Source: Spirochaetaceae bacterium (GTDB lineage: Bacteria > Spirochaetota > Spirochaetia > DSM-2461). From it: a stretch of DNA of 64,000 nucleotides. The stretch spans positions 96,001 through 160,000 of the forward strand of contig OZ245056.1 in assembly GCA_965224705.1 (NCBI GenBank), in the 5' to 3' direction. Numbering within the stretch: position 1 is the stretch's first letter; every line of letters starts with the position of its first letter. The position numbers and the translations under genes were made by a program. Of this stretch, positions 1 to 10,038 are shown in pieces. The notes under the pieces were generated by a model that did no database searches, was not told where the DNA came from, and saw nothing but the letters and a program-made list of their open reading frames with translations.

Positions 1-1149
1 GTTTTCCTGGAAAAATCCGGCGCCGCCATCAAAATGGCTGATACCATTCTCAAAGCTGTTGGTCCCCGGAGACCCGGCCTTGCCATGAGTATTATCGGAT
101 GGTTTGTCTCCATTCCGGTATTCTGTGACTCCGGCTATGTTATCCTTTCTGCCCTGCGGAAATCGGTGACCCATAAAGCAAAGGTATCGGCAACCATGAT
201 GAGTGTCGCCCTGGCCACCGGCCTGTATGCCTCACACACCCTGGTTCCACCCACCCCCGGCCCCATTGCGGCAGCGGGAAATCTGGGTCTCGAAGACAGC
301 CTCGGCCTGGTGATCCTCTTTGGCGGAATCATTTCGGTTTTCACCATGCTGGCGGGATTTTTCTGGGCAAAATACATCGGCGGCAAGGTGAAGATCCAGG
401 AAGACCTGGATAATGAAGCGGCCTTTGCCAAGGGTCTGGATCTGGAGGAGAAGGCCATCAAGGATCAGTATGGAAAACTGCCCACCACCTTTTTTGCCTT
501 TGCCCCCATCCTGGTTCCCATCATACTCATCGCTCTGGGGACCATCGCTTCCTTCCCGGGGGAACTGATTGGCGCCGGCTTTATGGCAAACCTCTTCAAG
601 TTCTTCGGTAAACCTGTGATGGCCCTTCTGGTGGGTTTCCTTTTTGCCCTTAAACTGGCCCCGAAACTGAATGAAGAAGTTTTGATGAAGTGGATCGGCG
701 AAGGTATCAAGGTGGCTGGTCCCATCATCCTCATCACCGGTGCTGGCGGAGCCTTCGGTGCCATCATTAAGGCAACCCCGGTGGCAGCCTACCTCGGAGA
801 CTCCATGAGCACCTGGGGACTGGGAATTCTCGTCCCCTTCTTCATCGCAGCGGCGCTGAAAACAGCTCAGGGCTCTTCCACCACGGCTCTGGTCACCACC
901 TCTGCCCTGATGGCCCCCCTGCTGGGTTCCCTGGGTCTTGATTCCACCATCGGAGCCGTTCTTACAGTGATGAGCATCGGTGCCGGAGCCATGACCGTTT
1001 CCCATGCCAACGACTCCTACTTCTGGGTGGTGGCGGAGTTCACCGGAATGGATGTGAAAACAGCCTATAAATCACAAACCCTGGCAACTCTGATTCAGGG
1101 TGTTGTGACAATCATCATCGTTTTGATCCTTTCCATCATTTTGCTCTAA
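1..1149 (+). CDS. GntP-family (gluconate:H+ symporter-like) permease, 5'-partial
   Basis: Frame is open from base 1 (VFLEKSGAA...). Motifs PVFCDSG, HTLVPPTPGP, KTAQGSST and SHANDSYFW, with many hydrophobic helices. Confidence 0.85.
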   Translation, partial: VFLEKSGAAIKMADTILKAVGPRRPGLAMSIIGWFVSIPVFCDSGYVILSALRKSVTHKAKVSATMMSVALATGLYASHTLVPPTPGPIAAAGNLGLEDSLGLVILFGGIISVFTMLAGFFWAKYIGGKVKIQEDLDNEAAFAKGLDLEEKAIKDQYGKLPTTFFAFAPILVPIILIALGTIASFPGELIGAGFMANLFKFFGKPVMALLVGFLFALKLAPKLNEEVLMKWIGEGIKVAGPIILITGAGGAFGAIIKATPVAAYLGDSMSTWGLGILVPFFIAAALKTAQGSSTTALVTTSALMAPLLGSLGLDSTIGAVLTVMSIGAGAMTVSHANDSYFWVVAEFTGMDVKTAYKSQTLATLIQGVVTIIIVLILSIILL

Positions 1150-1371
1150 ACCCATATGACACCACGGGGACTGTACCAGCAGCACTTCGACAGCCGAATA
1201 GACAATGGCTCTTGCAATTGCTGCTTGAAGTCCCCGCCATTTTTAACATAGGGCTTGCCATGGTACGGCATGGGAATAACCTGTGAACAGGAGCTGCTGA
1301 TGTTCATCGTGCGGACGGGGAATCCCCAGGCTACCCCAAAGCCCTGAACATGTATTATCATAGAGCATCCG

Positions 1372-2769
1372 ATGAAGCTCCTGTATCGAATTTCCATTGT
1401 CATATTCTGCATCGTATTCGTTACAGCCCTCATTCTGTCCAGCTATTCATTCCAGGTTCAGAGAACACTGATCAACAATCAATTGGTCAAAAAGGGACAG
1501 GTGCTTGCGGGCGTCCTGTCCGAGTCGGTACTGAATCATCTGATAAGCTATGATTTCTATGCCATACAGCTCCTGTTTGATCCGCTGAAGCAGGATGACG
1601 ACATAATGTCGGTCGCATTGATCGGATCGGATAATTACATCAAAATGCATTCCGATTTAACCAGAATAGGGACAATAAACAGTTTTCATCTCGATGATCA
1701 TGATTTTGTCGAAGGCAATGTCATCGTCAGGGAAATGCCCGGCCACATCCTCACCCGCTATCAGTTTTTCAGCCCCGTTGGAATCGATCATAACCGTGAG
1801 GGATTCATTCAGATCGGCATGTCCGATCGGGGATCCCTGCGGCTTATCGAAACCTTTGGGATGAAAATGCTGTATCTTACAGTTTCCGTGCTTGCGGCGG
1901 CCGTCATCGCTGGCTATCTCATGAGTCGGCAGATTACCAACCCCATTATAGAATTGAGCAAGAAAATTACATACTTCATGCTGAAGAGACCGGATTATCA
2001 TTCTGGTAATGACACTAAAAACGAAATAGCGATGCTAACCCGTAATTTCAAAACCCTGATGTCTGAATTGGAACAAGCCATTGAATTCAGAGTGAAGAAT
2101 GAAAAAATGGCAATCCTGGGGAGCCTGTCCTCCGTTCTGGCTCATGAGGTGAAAAATCCTCTGGAACCGATCAAGGGTTCTGCGGAAGTCCTTAAACTCA
2201 AGTATTCCGACAATGATGAGATCATGAAATATGCCGGGATAATCCAGACAGAGGTTTCTGAATTAACGTCTTTTCTGGACAGCTTTCTCGACGTTGCCAA
2301 AACCAGCCAGATCAGCATGACGGTTCTTGATCTCAATAAGACCCTTCGCGAGGTTCTCACACTTCTGGAATACTCTTTGAGTAAGGAAAACATAGCTGCG
2401 GATGTCCGGCTGGATGATTCAATCCCTCTAATTACAGGAAACAGGGGAATGCTCAAGCAAGTGTTTCTCAATCTTTTGATCAATGCCCAGCAGGCGAAAT
2501 CCGGAACTTACGGCAGGATAGAGGTTGTATCCTTTCTGGAAGGAGAATCAATCTGCTTGAAAATAAAGGACTATGGCACTGGTATTAAAAAGTCTGTCAA
2601 AGAACAGGTTTTTCAGCCCTTCTTCACGACGAAAAAGGATGGATCGGGAATTGGCCTGAGCATTTCCAGATATCTGATAGAGCTGCACAGCGGAACCATC
2701 GCTCTTGAAAGCGATTGCGGCGGCTGGACGGAAGCGGTGATTACGCTTCCAATCGAGAAAGGAGGATGA
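1372..2769 (+). CDS. Membrane sensor histidine kinase (NtrB-like)
   Basis: Two TM segments, H-box LAHEVKNPL, N-box QVFLNLLINA, G-boxes DYGTGI and FFTTKKDGSGIGL. Confidence 0.92.
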   Translation: MKLLYRISIVIFCIVFVTALILSSYSFQVQRTLINNQLVKKGQVLAGVLSESVLNHLISYDFYAIQLLFDPLKQDDDIMSVALIGSDNYIKMHSDLTRIGTINSFHLDDHDFVEGNVIVREMPGHILTRYQFFSPVGIDHNREGFIQIGMSDRGSLRLIETFGMKMLYLTVSVLAAAVIAGYLMSRQITNPIIELSKKITYFMLKRPDYHSGNDTKNEIAMLTRNFKTLMSELEQAIEFRVKNEKMAILGSLSSVLAHEVKNPLEPIKGSAEVLKLKYSDNDEIMKYAGIIQTEVSELTSFLDSFLDVAKTSQISMTVLDLNKTLREVLTLLEYSLSKENIAADVRLDDSIPLITGNRGMLKQVFLNLLINAQQAKSGTYGRIEVVSFLEGESICLKIKDYGTGIKKSVKEQVFQPFFTTKKDGSGIGLSISRYLIELHSGTIALESDCGGWTEAVITLPIEKGG

Positions 2770-2772
2770 GCA

Positions 2773-4107
2773 GTGGCCAGCCATAAGATCTTAATAGTGG
2801 ATGACAAGATCAGGATAGGTGAAGTGCTGCGCGATATTCTGAGAGCCGAAGACTACGATGCGGTAATCGCCGATTCGGGAGAACGCGGTCTTGAGATTTT
2901 CCGGGCGGAGAATCCTGATTTCATTCTGACGGACTTGATTATGAAGAAGCTTTCGGGCGTCGATTTTATAAGGGAAGTGCGTAAAACCGATACAGTCGTC
3001 CCCATTATAATTCTCACGGCCTTTGGTACCATCTCCTCCGCGGTGGATGCCATGAAGGCCGGTGCGGATGATTACTTGACCAAGCCGCTGAACTACGATC
3101 TGCTCAAACTTAAGATCAGGAAAATTCTGGATGAGAAATCCATCGAAAAGGAAAACATTGTCCTTAAGGGGAACCTGAAGGAGAAATGGGGACTCAACAA
3201 CATCATCGGGCAATCTCCCGTTATGGAAAAAATGTTCAACCTGATCCGGTCTGTCGCTCCCACCGATTCATCCGTCTTAATCCAGGGAGAGAGCGGTACG
3301 GGCAAAGAACTGATCGCCAGGAGCCTTCATTCCTGCAGTCAGAGAGTCGGCTATCCATTTGTTGTTGTCGATTGTTCGGCAATTCCCGAAAGTTTGATGG
3401 AAAGCGAACTCTTCGGTTATGAGAAAGGAGCTTTTACGGGAGCGGCGGCGAGAAAAAAAGGAAGGATTGAAGAGGCCCAAGCCGGTACCCTGTTTCTGGA
3501 TGAGATCGGGGATATTCCTCTCACCTGCCAGGCCAAACTTTTAAGAGTCATCCAGGAACACCAATTCATCCGAATCGGGGGAAACAGCCAGATTCATGTG
3601 GATTTCCGACTCATCGCCGCAACAAACAAGAACCTCAAAAAAGAAGTGGACAGGGGCCGATTCCGGTCGGATTTATTTTACAGACTCAATGTCATCAGCA
3701 TTGAATCTCCTCCGTTAAAAGCCAGGAAAGAAGACATTCCGCTTCTGGCGGATTCCTTCCTCCTCAGTATCTGTCAGGAAAATAACCTGCCCCCCAAGAC
3801 CATAAGCAAAGACATCCTTTCGGCGCTGATGAACTACAACTGGCCCGGCAATGTAAGAGAGCTGCGGAACAGTATTCACAGGTTCGCCATCCTCGATACG
3901 CTTCCTGCTGAAATAACAGATGCCGCCGACAACCGCGCCGGAAACCCTTCATCGGAGGCGGGAACTCTGTTTGAAAGGGAGAAAAGGCTGGTGGAGAGCA
4001 CACTGAATCAATCGGAAGGGAATATCAGCAAGACCGCAGAAATTCTTGGAATCGGCCGCAAAGCTCTGTACAACCGGATTAAAAAATACGGCATCACTGT
4101 TCCATAA
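2773..4107 (+). CDS. Sigma54-dependent response regulator (NtrC/AtoC family)
   Basis: REC domain (ILIVDD, LTD), Walker A GESGTGKE, GAFTGA, LFLDEIG, WPGNVREL and a C-terminal Fis-type HTH. Confidence 0.95.
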   Translation: MASHKILIVDDKIRIGEVLRDILRAEDYDAVIADSGERGLEIFRAENPDFILTDLIMKKLSGVDFIREVRKTDTVVPIIILTAFGTISSAVDAMKAGADDYLTKPLNYDLLKLKIRKILDEKSIEKENIVLKGNLKEKWGLNNIIGQSPVMEKMFNLIRSVAPTDSSVLIQGESGTGKELIARSLHSCSQRVGYPFVVVDCSAIPESLMESELFGYEKGAFTGAAARKKGRIEEAQAGTLFLDEIGDIPLTCQAKLLRVIQEHQFIRIGGNSQIHVDFRLIAATNKNLKKEVDRGRFRSDLFYRLNVISIESPPLKARKEDIPLLADSFLLSICQENNLPPKTISKDILSALMNYNWPGNVRELRNSIHRFAILDTLPAEITDAADNRAGNPSSEAGTLFEREKRLVESTLNQSEGNISKTAEILGIGRKALYNRIKKYGITVP

Positions 4108-4145
4108 GGAACAATCCGTGCAAGACGACTGTGCCAAAAGGAACA
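4098..4145. promoter_or_regulatory. Tandem enhancer (UAS) sites for a sigma54 activator
   Basis: TGTTCCATAAGGAACA (4098-4113, palindromic arms) and TGTGCCAAAAGGAACA (4130-4145), 32 bp apart and about 200 bp upstream of a -24/-12 promoter. Confidence 0.7.
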
Positions 4146-4330
4146 ATTCTTGCCCCGGTTCCTGCACCCCCTCCCTCTGAAAAAGGTCTCTGAAAAATCC
4201 ATCACTGAATCATTCAGAGGTGAAAATCCCTGAGCAAATCCGGTTTTTCTCCATTCTGGGGACATTTCACCAAAAAAATGCGGACGCATTCATGCGCCTG
4301 GGCCGCCCATCAGGGAGCAAATATTTTTCC

Positions 4331-4346
4331 TGGCATACTTTTTGCA
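4331..4346 (+). promoter_or_regulatory. Sigma54 (-24/-12) promoter of the tctCBA operon
   Basis: TGGCATACTTTTTGCA, exact GG-N10-GC spacing. Confidence 0.85.
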
Positions 4347-4387
4347 TGTATAAAAGCAACTTATATAAAAAGGAGATGTCCAAAGAC

Positions 4388-5347
4388 ATGAAAAGAACAC
4401 TTCTTGCAGTTGTATTGGGAATTGCAGCCCTTTACTCCGTTATCGCCGAGGGACAGGGTGAACAGGCCTATCCTTCCAGGACCATTGAGATCATCGTCCC
4501 CTCCAAAGCTGGAGGATCGACGGATACCCTGGCCCGTGTTTTCGTCCAGGTAGCCCGTAAGCACCTTCCAGGAGCCGAATTTGCCATTGTGAACATACCC
4601 GGCTCCGGCGGTCAGCAGGGATTCGAGAAAATTGCCGCCGCCAAGCCCGATGGGCACACGCTCGGTGCTATTTTTACGGTTCAGCTCCCCTCCCATGTTG
4701 TTTCCGGCAGAGCCCGATACAAACTTGACGATTTTCACTACTTAAGCAAAATGCTGGAAGACCCCAGCATCATCGTTGTATCGAAAGACAGTCCCATCAA
4801 TTCCCTTGAAGAGCTGGTCAGCTATGCGAAAAGCAATGAAATGACGGCATCGGTCAACGGTATCGGAAGCGATGACCATCTGGCCATGATGATGTTTCAA
4901 AATGCCGCCGGTGTGGAATTCCAGATGATTCCGGCCTCCGGTTCGTCGGAACAAAAAGCCAATGTCATGGGCGGCCATGTCGAAGTGGCTTTTATGAACC
5001 TGTCTCAGATGATCAGCCAGCACAAAGCTGGTGATGCCAAAATATTGGCACTGCTGGCGGACGAACGAGACAATGCGCTTCCCGAACTCCCCGCAATCGG
5101 CGAATTCGGTTATGACAGTGTGAAAATGAGCGGTACCCGCGGTTTTGTTGTTCAGAGCGGTGTTCCCGATGAGATTAAAGCCGTTCTGGAGAAACTGACG
5201 GACGATGTCGTGAATGACCCCGAGTATGGAGATACGCTGCAGAAGAGCAACCAGGCATTCACCTATGAGGACGGGGCTTCCTACGAAAGATTCATGAATG
5301 ATCTGGAAAAAGATCTGGAAGTTCTCTTCGCCCAGGAACCCTGGTAG
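4388..5347 (+). CDS. tctC: Tripartite tricarboxylate transporter substrate-binding protein (TctC/Bug)
   Basis: Signal peptide, then YPSRTIEIIVP..AGGSTD and NIPGSGG..G...AKPDGHTL. Start moved to the ATG downstream of the sigma54 promoter and AGGAG. Confidence 0.9.
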   Translation: MKRTLLAVVLGIAALYSVIAEGQGEQAYPSRTIEIIVPSKAGGSTDTLARVFVQVARKHLPGAEFAIVNIPGSGGQQGFEKIAAAKPDGHTLGAIFTVQLPSHVVSGRARYKLDDFHYLSKMLEDPSIIVVSKDSPINSLEELVSYAKSNEMTASVNGIGSDDHLAMMMFQNAAGVEFQMIPASGSSEQKANVMGGHVEVAFMNLSQMISQHKAGDAKILALLADERDNALPELPAIGEFGYDSVKMSGTRGFVVQSGVPDEIKAVLEKLTDDVVNDPEYGDTLQKSNQAFTYEDGASYERFMNDLEKDLEVLFAQEPW

Positions 5348-5351
5348 CACT

Positions 5352-5783
5352 ATGGTCAATAAAAAACCCGGCGAGCTTTCTCTGGCGGCAATCTTTGTCT
5401 TTTTAGGGATAATGCTGTACATAAGCACGGCGGACTTTCCGGAAAGGGCCCAAACCAGTACGGCGGTCTATGTTCGTTTCGTCGGCGCTGGAATGGCCTT
5501 ATTGTCAGCAGTTGATTTCATTATGACCCTGAAAAAAAAGTCTGGCGAAGTGAGGTTGTTCAGAAACCCAGCCTACTTTTTCGGACTCATTGGATTGATG
5601 CTTGCCTACATGATTCTCCTTATGCTGAATGTCGGGTTTTTGGTTGCCACCGTTCCCTTTCTGGTGGCAGCCGCATTGCTGTTAAAGTATCGGAACTGGA
5701 AAATTATGATAGCTTCATTTGTGGGGATTCTCCTATCGACCTACCTGGTGTTTTTCAAGATGCTCCAGGTACCCATGCCCTGA
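5352..5783 (+). CDS. tctB: TTT small membrane subunit TctB
   Basis: Four-TM protein ending YLVFFKMLQVPMP, located between tctC and tctA. Confidence 0.85.
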   Translation: MVNKKPGELSLAAIFVFLGIMLYISTADFPERAQTSTAVYVRFVGAGMALLSAVDFIMTLKKKSGEVRLFRNPAYFFGLIGLMLAYMILLMLNVGFLVATVPFLVAAALLLKYRNWKIMIASFVGILLSTYLVFFKMLQVPMP

Positions 5784-5801
5784 ACAGTCGAGGTTTTACA
5801 A

Positions 5802-7289
5802 ATGGAAATGGCATTAAATTACATAGGAATACTTTTTACGATTCCCAACCTTCTGGCCATTGCGGCGGGAACAACTCTCGGAACAATGATGGGGGCCATG
5901 CCCGGCCTGACGGGAACCCTGGCGGTGGCCATCCTGATACCCACCACATTCTCCATGGACCCGGTTATGGGGCTGGCAATGATGGGGGGATCCTACAGCG
6001 GGTCCATGTACGGCGGATCGATAGCCGCCATTTTGATGGCGACACCAGGAACGCCGGCCGCTCTCTGCACCTCCTTTGAAGGCTACCCATTGTCCCGAAA
6101 GGGCCGGGCGGGCATTGCATTGAAGGTTTCGGTCGTGGCCAGTTTCTGCGGCGGCATTATTTCTACTGTTGTTCTTCTGGTATTCGCCCCGATTCTTGCG
6201 TATTTCGCCCTGAACTTCGGTCCCCCTGAATACTTTCTTCTGGCCATCATGGGATTGGCCAGCATCGTTATGTTTGCCAAAGGAAACATGATCAAAGGTC
6301 TTCTGTCCGGCTTCATTGGCCTGGCGATTTCCTTAATCGGCACAGACCCCATATCCGGGAGTCTCCGCTATACGGGGGGATTTCTGCAGCTCTATGAGGG
6401 CCTGGATTTCATGGCGCCCCTGATCGGGATGTTCTCCATTGCCCAGATGCTGAAACTGGCCGGAGAGAAGACCATTGCAAAGAGAACCGGAGACGGTCAG
6501 GCTGTCATTAAGAAGGAAAAGCTGCCGAAAGGCCTGACGAAACCCATAACGCTGGGATCCCTGATGGGCACTGGAATCGGGATTCTTCCCGGCGCGGGTG
6601 CCACGATTTCCGCATTCCTGGCCTATCAGGCCCAGCGGCAGATATCCAGGAAGAAACATGAATTCGGAAAAGGCAGTCTTGAGGGGATTGCGGCAGCGGA
6701 AAGCAGCAACAATGCCGTTACCGGGGGATCCCTGATCCCCTTGCTGACCCTTGGAATTCCCGGCAATACCACCTCGGCGGCCCTGATGGGCGGTCTTATA
6801 ATCCAGGGACTCATTCCTGGACCGGAACTGTTCACCCGCTATGCGAATGTAACCTATCCCTTCATTCTGTCATTGTTTGTGGCCAATGTGGTATTCCTTC
6901 TTCTGGGACTGTATTTTGCCCCTCAACTGGCGAAGGTATCCCTCATTCCTACTTCACTGCTGATTCCAGTCGTCTGCATGTTCTCGGTTATCGGGACTTA
7001 TGCCATTCAGAACAGTCTTTTCGACGTGGGTGTTATGGTCATCTTTGCCGTACTGGGGTATTTCCTGAGCATATACGGGTTCTCTTTGGGGGCATTGGTT
7101 CTCGGCCTGATCCTCGGGCCAATCGCCGAAAGAGGATTCGCCCAGGGAATCCTTATGGGCAAAGGTTCCTATGCCATCTTCTTTACACGCCCAACGAGCA
7201 TTGTTTTGATTATCCTGACGGTGATTCTGATCATTTCCAGCTATTATACGGCACCTAAAGCCGAACCTGATGAAGAATCGGTCATTTAG
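5802..7289 (+). CDS. tctA: TTT large membrane subunit TctA
   Basis: GAMPGL, YGGSIAAIL..TPGTP, ESSNNA..GGSLIPLLTLGIPG signatures. Confidence 0.95.
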   Translation: MEMALNYIGILFTIPNLLAIAAGTTLGTMMGAMPGLTGTLAVAILIPTTFSMDPVMGLAMMGGSYSGSMYGGSIAAILMATPGTPAALCTSFEGYPLSRKGRAGIALKVSVVASFCGGIISTVVLLVFAPILAYFALNFGPPEYFLLAIMGLASIVMFAKGNMIKGLLSGFIGLAISLIGTDPISGSLRYTGGFLQLYEGLDFMAPLIGMFSIAQMLKLAGEKTIAKRTGDGQAVIKKEKLPKGLTKPITLGSLMGTGIGILPGAGATISAFLAYQAQRQISRKKHEFGKGSLEGIAAAESSNNAVTGGSLIPLLTLGIPGNTTSAALMGGLIIQGLIPGPELFTRYANVTYPFILSLFVANVVFLLLGLYFAPQLAKVSLIPTSLLIPVVCMFSVIGTYAIQNSLFDVGVMVIFAVLGYFLSIYGFSLGALVLGLILGPIAERGFAQGILMGKGSYAIFFTRPTSIVLIILTVILIISSYYTAPKAEPDEESVI

Positions 7290-7361
7290 GGAACAATACT
7301 TCATCAATGACAAAGGGCTGCCTCAGGGCAGTTCCTTTCAGTATTGCACTGGAGATTTATT

Positions 7362-9011
7362 ATGAATATATGGTACATCTTCTCGCTCACCGGTGGTCTG
7401 GCGATTTTTCTATACGGCATGATGGAGATGAACAAACACCTGACATCCATCTCCGGAAACAGAATGAAATCCACCATGACAACCCTGACCAAAAAAACTG
7501 CCCGCGGATATTTGACAGGCCTGGTCATAACCATTGTCAATCAATCCTCTTCCGCCACCACAGTCCTGGAAGCGGCTCTTGTGGGCGCGGGGCTTATGAC
7601 CTTCCAGCAGAGTCTTGCCGTCACTCTTGGAGCAGAACTGGGATCGACATTCTTTCCCCAGTTGATCGCCATTCCTTCCATCACCAAGTTTTCAACATTC
7701 ATTGTATTCGCAGGCTTCCTCTTTCAGCTATTCTCACGGACAAAAAAAAATCATCACATCGGCATGACAATTTTTACATTGGGACTTCTTTTCCTCGGCA
7801 TGGATATGATGTCCACCTCCCTGAAACCACTGAGGGAATTTGAACCGTTCATTCGCATGATGACAAATATCGAAACACCTCTTCTTGGAATTTTCATCGG
7901 AATGCTGTTCACCATGATTATCCAATCGTCCGGAGCCACAACCAGCATCACCATTGCCATGGCCATGGCGGGGGCCATCACGGTGGAACAGGCCATTCCC
8001 ATCAATCTGGGTGCCGCCGTCGGGACCTGCATCACCGCCGTTCTCGGCAGCCTGACCCTGAACTGGGAGGCTAAACGTTCGGCCTATATCCATATTTTAT
8101 TCCAGGTAATCGGAGCTCTATGGGTTTTTATTCTTCTATGCATTCCGTTCAGGGGGGAACGCTTCTACATCTGGTTCATCAAGTGGATAACCTTTCAACT
8201 GTTCAGAACCGACAGTCTCGCCAGACAGATTGCCATGGGATTCACTTTCATGCCCATTATCAACCACATTATTGTGCTCCCCAATCTCAAGTTGATTGTG
8301 AAACTGTTCAACAGGCTGTTCCCGGAGCGGGAAGCGCCGAAGCCATTTGGAGTTGAATTCATCAAAAGGAAATTCATCCGCGAGAATATTGATCTGGCCC
8401 TTCTGATGACGAAAAAAGAAATCATGCGGGTCTCCGGTTTCATCAAGGAAATGATAAAGGAAATGAGAGAGGCCTTCCGGAGCAAGGATACTGCGGTTAT
8501 AGGTAGAGTCAGCGATCTCGACTCAAGGATCGATCTCCTGCATAGTAAAATAATTCCATATCTTGCAGAATTATCCCAGGAGGAACTTTCGGGCAGACAG
8601 TCAGTCACGTGCATGAACTACATGTACATACAGAATGAATTTGAATCAATCGGCGATGTCATTGACAAAAACATCATGTCGCTGGCCGCGAAGAAAATCA
8701 ATCAGAATCTTCTTTTTTCAAGGGAGGGATTCCATGAACTCCAGCATCTGATTTACAGAATAAGCCGAAACTTCAATTTTCTATCGCAGGCCCTGCAGAA
8801 TGATGACTTAAAGCAGGCAGAATCTGTTCTCGATTTCCATAAAAACAAGGAAGAAGAGAAATACAAGCGCCTGCACATTGAAAGACTTTACGACGGCAAG
8901 GCGGAATCGATTGCGACATCTTCCGTTCATCTGGATCTAATTACGTATTTTTCAAGGATAAACAGTCATATCGCCTACATAGCAAAGAGATTGCAGCTTT
9001 TGTATTCCTGA
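7362..9011 (+). CDS. Na+/Pi cotransporter family protein (NptA/YjbB-like) with PhoU-like C-terminal domain
   Basis: GGLAIFLYGM, two QSSS/QSSG repeats, GAELGST and GAAVGTC, helical C-terminus. GGAG RBS before ATG 7362. Confidence 0.9.
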   Translation: MNIWYIFSLTGGLAIFLYGMMEMNKHLTSISGNRMKSTMTTLTKKTARGYLTGLVITIVNQSSSATTVLEAALVGAGLMTFQQSLAVTLGAELGSTFFPQLIAIPSITKFSTFIVFAGFLFQLFSRTKKNHHIGMTIFTLGLLFLGMDMMSTSLKPLREFEPFIRMMTNIETPLLGIFIGMLFTMIIQSSGATTSITIAMAMAGAITVEQAIPINLGAAVGTCITAVLGSLTLNWEAKRSAYIHILFQVIGALWVFILLCIPFRGERFYIWFIKWITFQLFRTDSLARQIAMGFTFMPIINHIIVLPNLKLIVKLFNRLFPEREAPKPFGVEFIKRKFIRENIDLALLMTKKEIMRVSGFIKEMIKEMREAFRSKDTAVIGRVSDLDSRIDLLHSKIIPYLAELSQEELSGRQSVTCMNYMYIQNEFESIGDVIDKNIMSLAAKKINQNLLFSREGFHELQHLIYRISRNFNFLSQALQNDDLKQAESVLDFHKNKEEEKYKRLHIERLYDGKAESIATSSVHLDLITYFSRINSHIAYIAKRLQLLYS

Positions 9012-9055
9012 AAACACAGGAATCCGGTATAATCCGTTCAGGATAAGGAATTTTC

Positions 9056-9892
9056 ATGCAAGGCCTTTTTGTGCTGCTGCTTCTGTTGTCGGTCTCTTCG
9101 TCGGCCGCAGCGGAAAACACGCCGACTTACAGATTCGGGTATTCTTCAAGTCAGAATCCGGAAATTTTGATCACTCGCATGACTCCCATGCTGAATCTTA
9201 TTTCTGAAGCCCTGGATGCGGATATTGCATTTGTTCACAAAAAAACCTATTCGGAGATGCAGAAGGCCTATATCAATCAGGAAATCGATTTTGGCATTAT
9301 CAATGCCTACTCCTTTCTGAGAATCCTTCCTTATGATTCCGTTGTACCCATCGCAGCGAGAGTGATAGAGAATTCAAGGGAGTACCGGACCTATTTTTTT
9401 ACAAGAAAAGACAGCGGCATCAGGTCTTTCAAGGATATGCCGGGAAAAATCATCGCTCTGGGAGACCCGTATTCCACCAGTTCCTACCTCATTCCCCATT
9501 TTATTTTCAAGAAGGAAGGCTTGTATCCGGATTCGGATTTTGACAAAACAATTATTATCTCCAAACAGGACTCCCTTATTCTGGCTGTTTTAAACCACAC
9601 GGCCGATGTCGGTGTCGCTGCTTCTTTCATCTTCAACGAACAGTCCGAAGCTGTCAGAACGCGTCTCCAGGTTTTCAGCATGTCAGACCCTTTTCCTCTG
9701 GGTCCGTTTATTGCCAACAGGAATCTGGATGATGAGATCATCTCAACTCTGAAGAAGGTTCTTTTGACTTTGCAGGACAGCACCGATGGACGCTTCGCGC
9801 TAAAAAGCGCCGGCATTGAAGGCTTTGAGGAAGTTGACGCGGCGGCATATAATCGCCTGCTGGAAATCCAGGCTTCTTTGAATTTGAATTGA
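9056..9892 (+). CDS. PhnD-like phosphate/phosphonate-binding periplasmic protein
   Basis: Signal peptide; GDPYSTSSYLIP motif (STS phosphate-binding loop); AVLNHTADVG. Confidence 0.8.
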   Translation: MQGLFVLLLLLSVSSSAAAENTPTYRFGYSSSQNPEILITRMTPMLNLISEALDADIAFVHKKTYSEMQKAYINQEIDFGIINAYSFLRILPYDSVVPIAARVIENSREYRTYFFTRKDSGIRSFKDMPGKIIALGDPYSTSSYLIPHFIFKKEGLYPDSDFDKTIIISKQDSLILAVLNHTADVGVAASFIFNEQSEAVRTRLQVFSMSDPFPLGPFIANRNLDDEIISTLKKVLLTLQDSTDGRFALKSAGIEGFEEVDAAAYNRLLEIQASLNLN

Positions 9893-9911
9893 ATGGGAAT
9901 TGGGGCGTAAC

Positions 9912-10038
9912 GGCCGCGCTGTGCCAAAGTAGTTGTCACACAAGTTAAGTCAATGTAGGAGGTGACAACATGCGGCGGTACAGTGTTCAATTTAGGAATA
10001 CTATCTTGCAAAAGATGATCGGTCTGGAGGAACAATGA
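9912..10038 (+). mobile_element. Probable IS3-family left-end remnant
   Basis: 29-bp segment shared with 18511-18539 (28/29 identical), then AGGAGG and a 22-codon ORF MRRYSVQFRNTILQKMIG resembling IS3 OrfA N-termini. Confidence 0.5.

Noticed and set aside
1146..1433. Minus-strand 95-aa ORF between the permease and the kinase
   Set aside because: Possibly a gene fragment, but it overlaps the kinase start and I cannot assign any family.
4220..4387. 56-aa N-terminal extension of TctC in the ORF track
   Set aside because: It spans the sigma54 promoter; the RBS and signal peptide point to a start at 4388.
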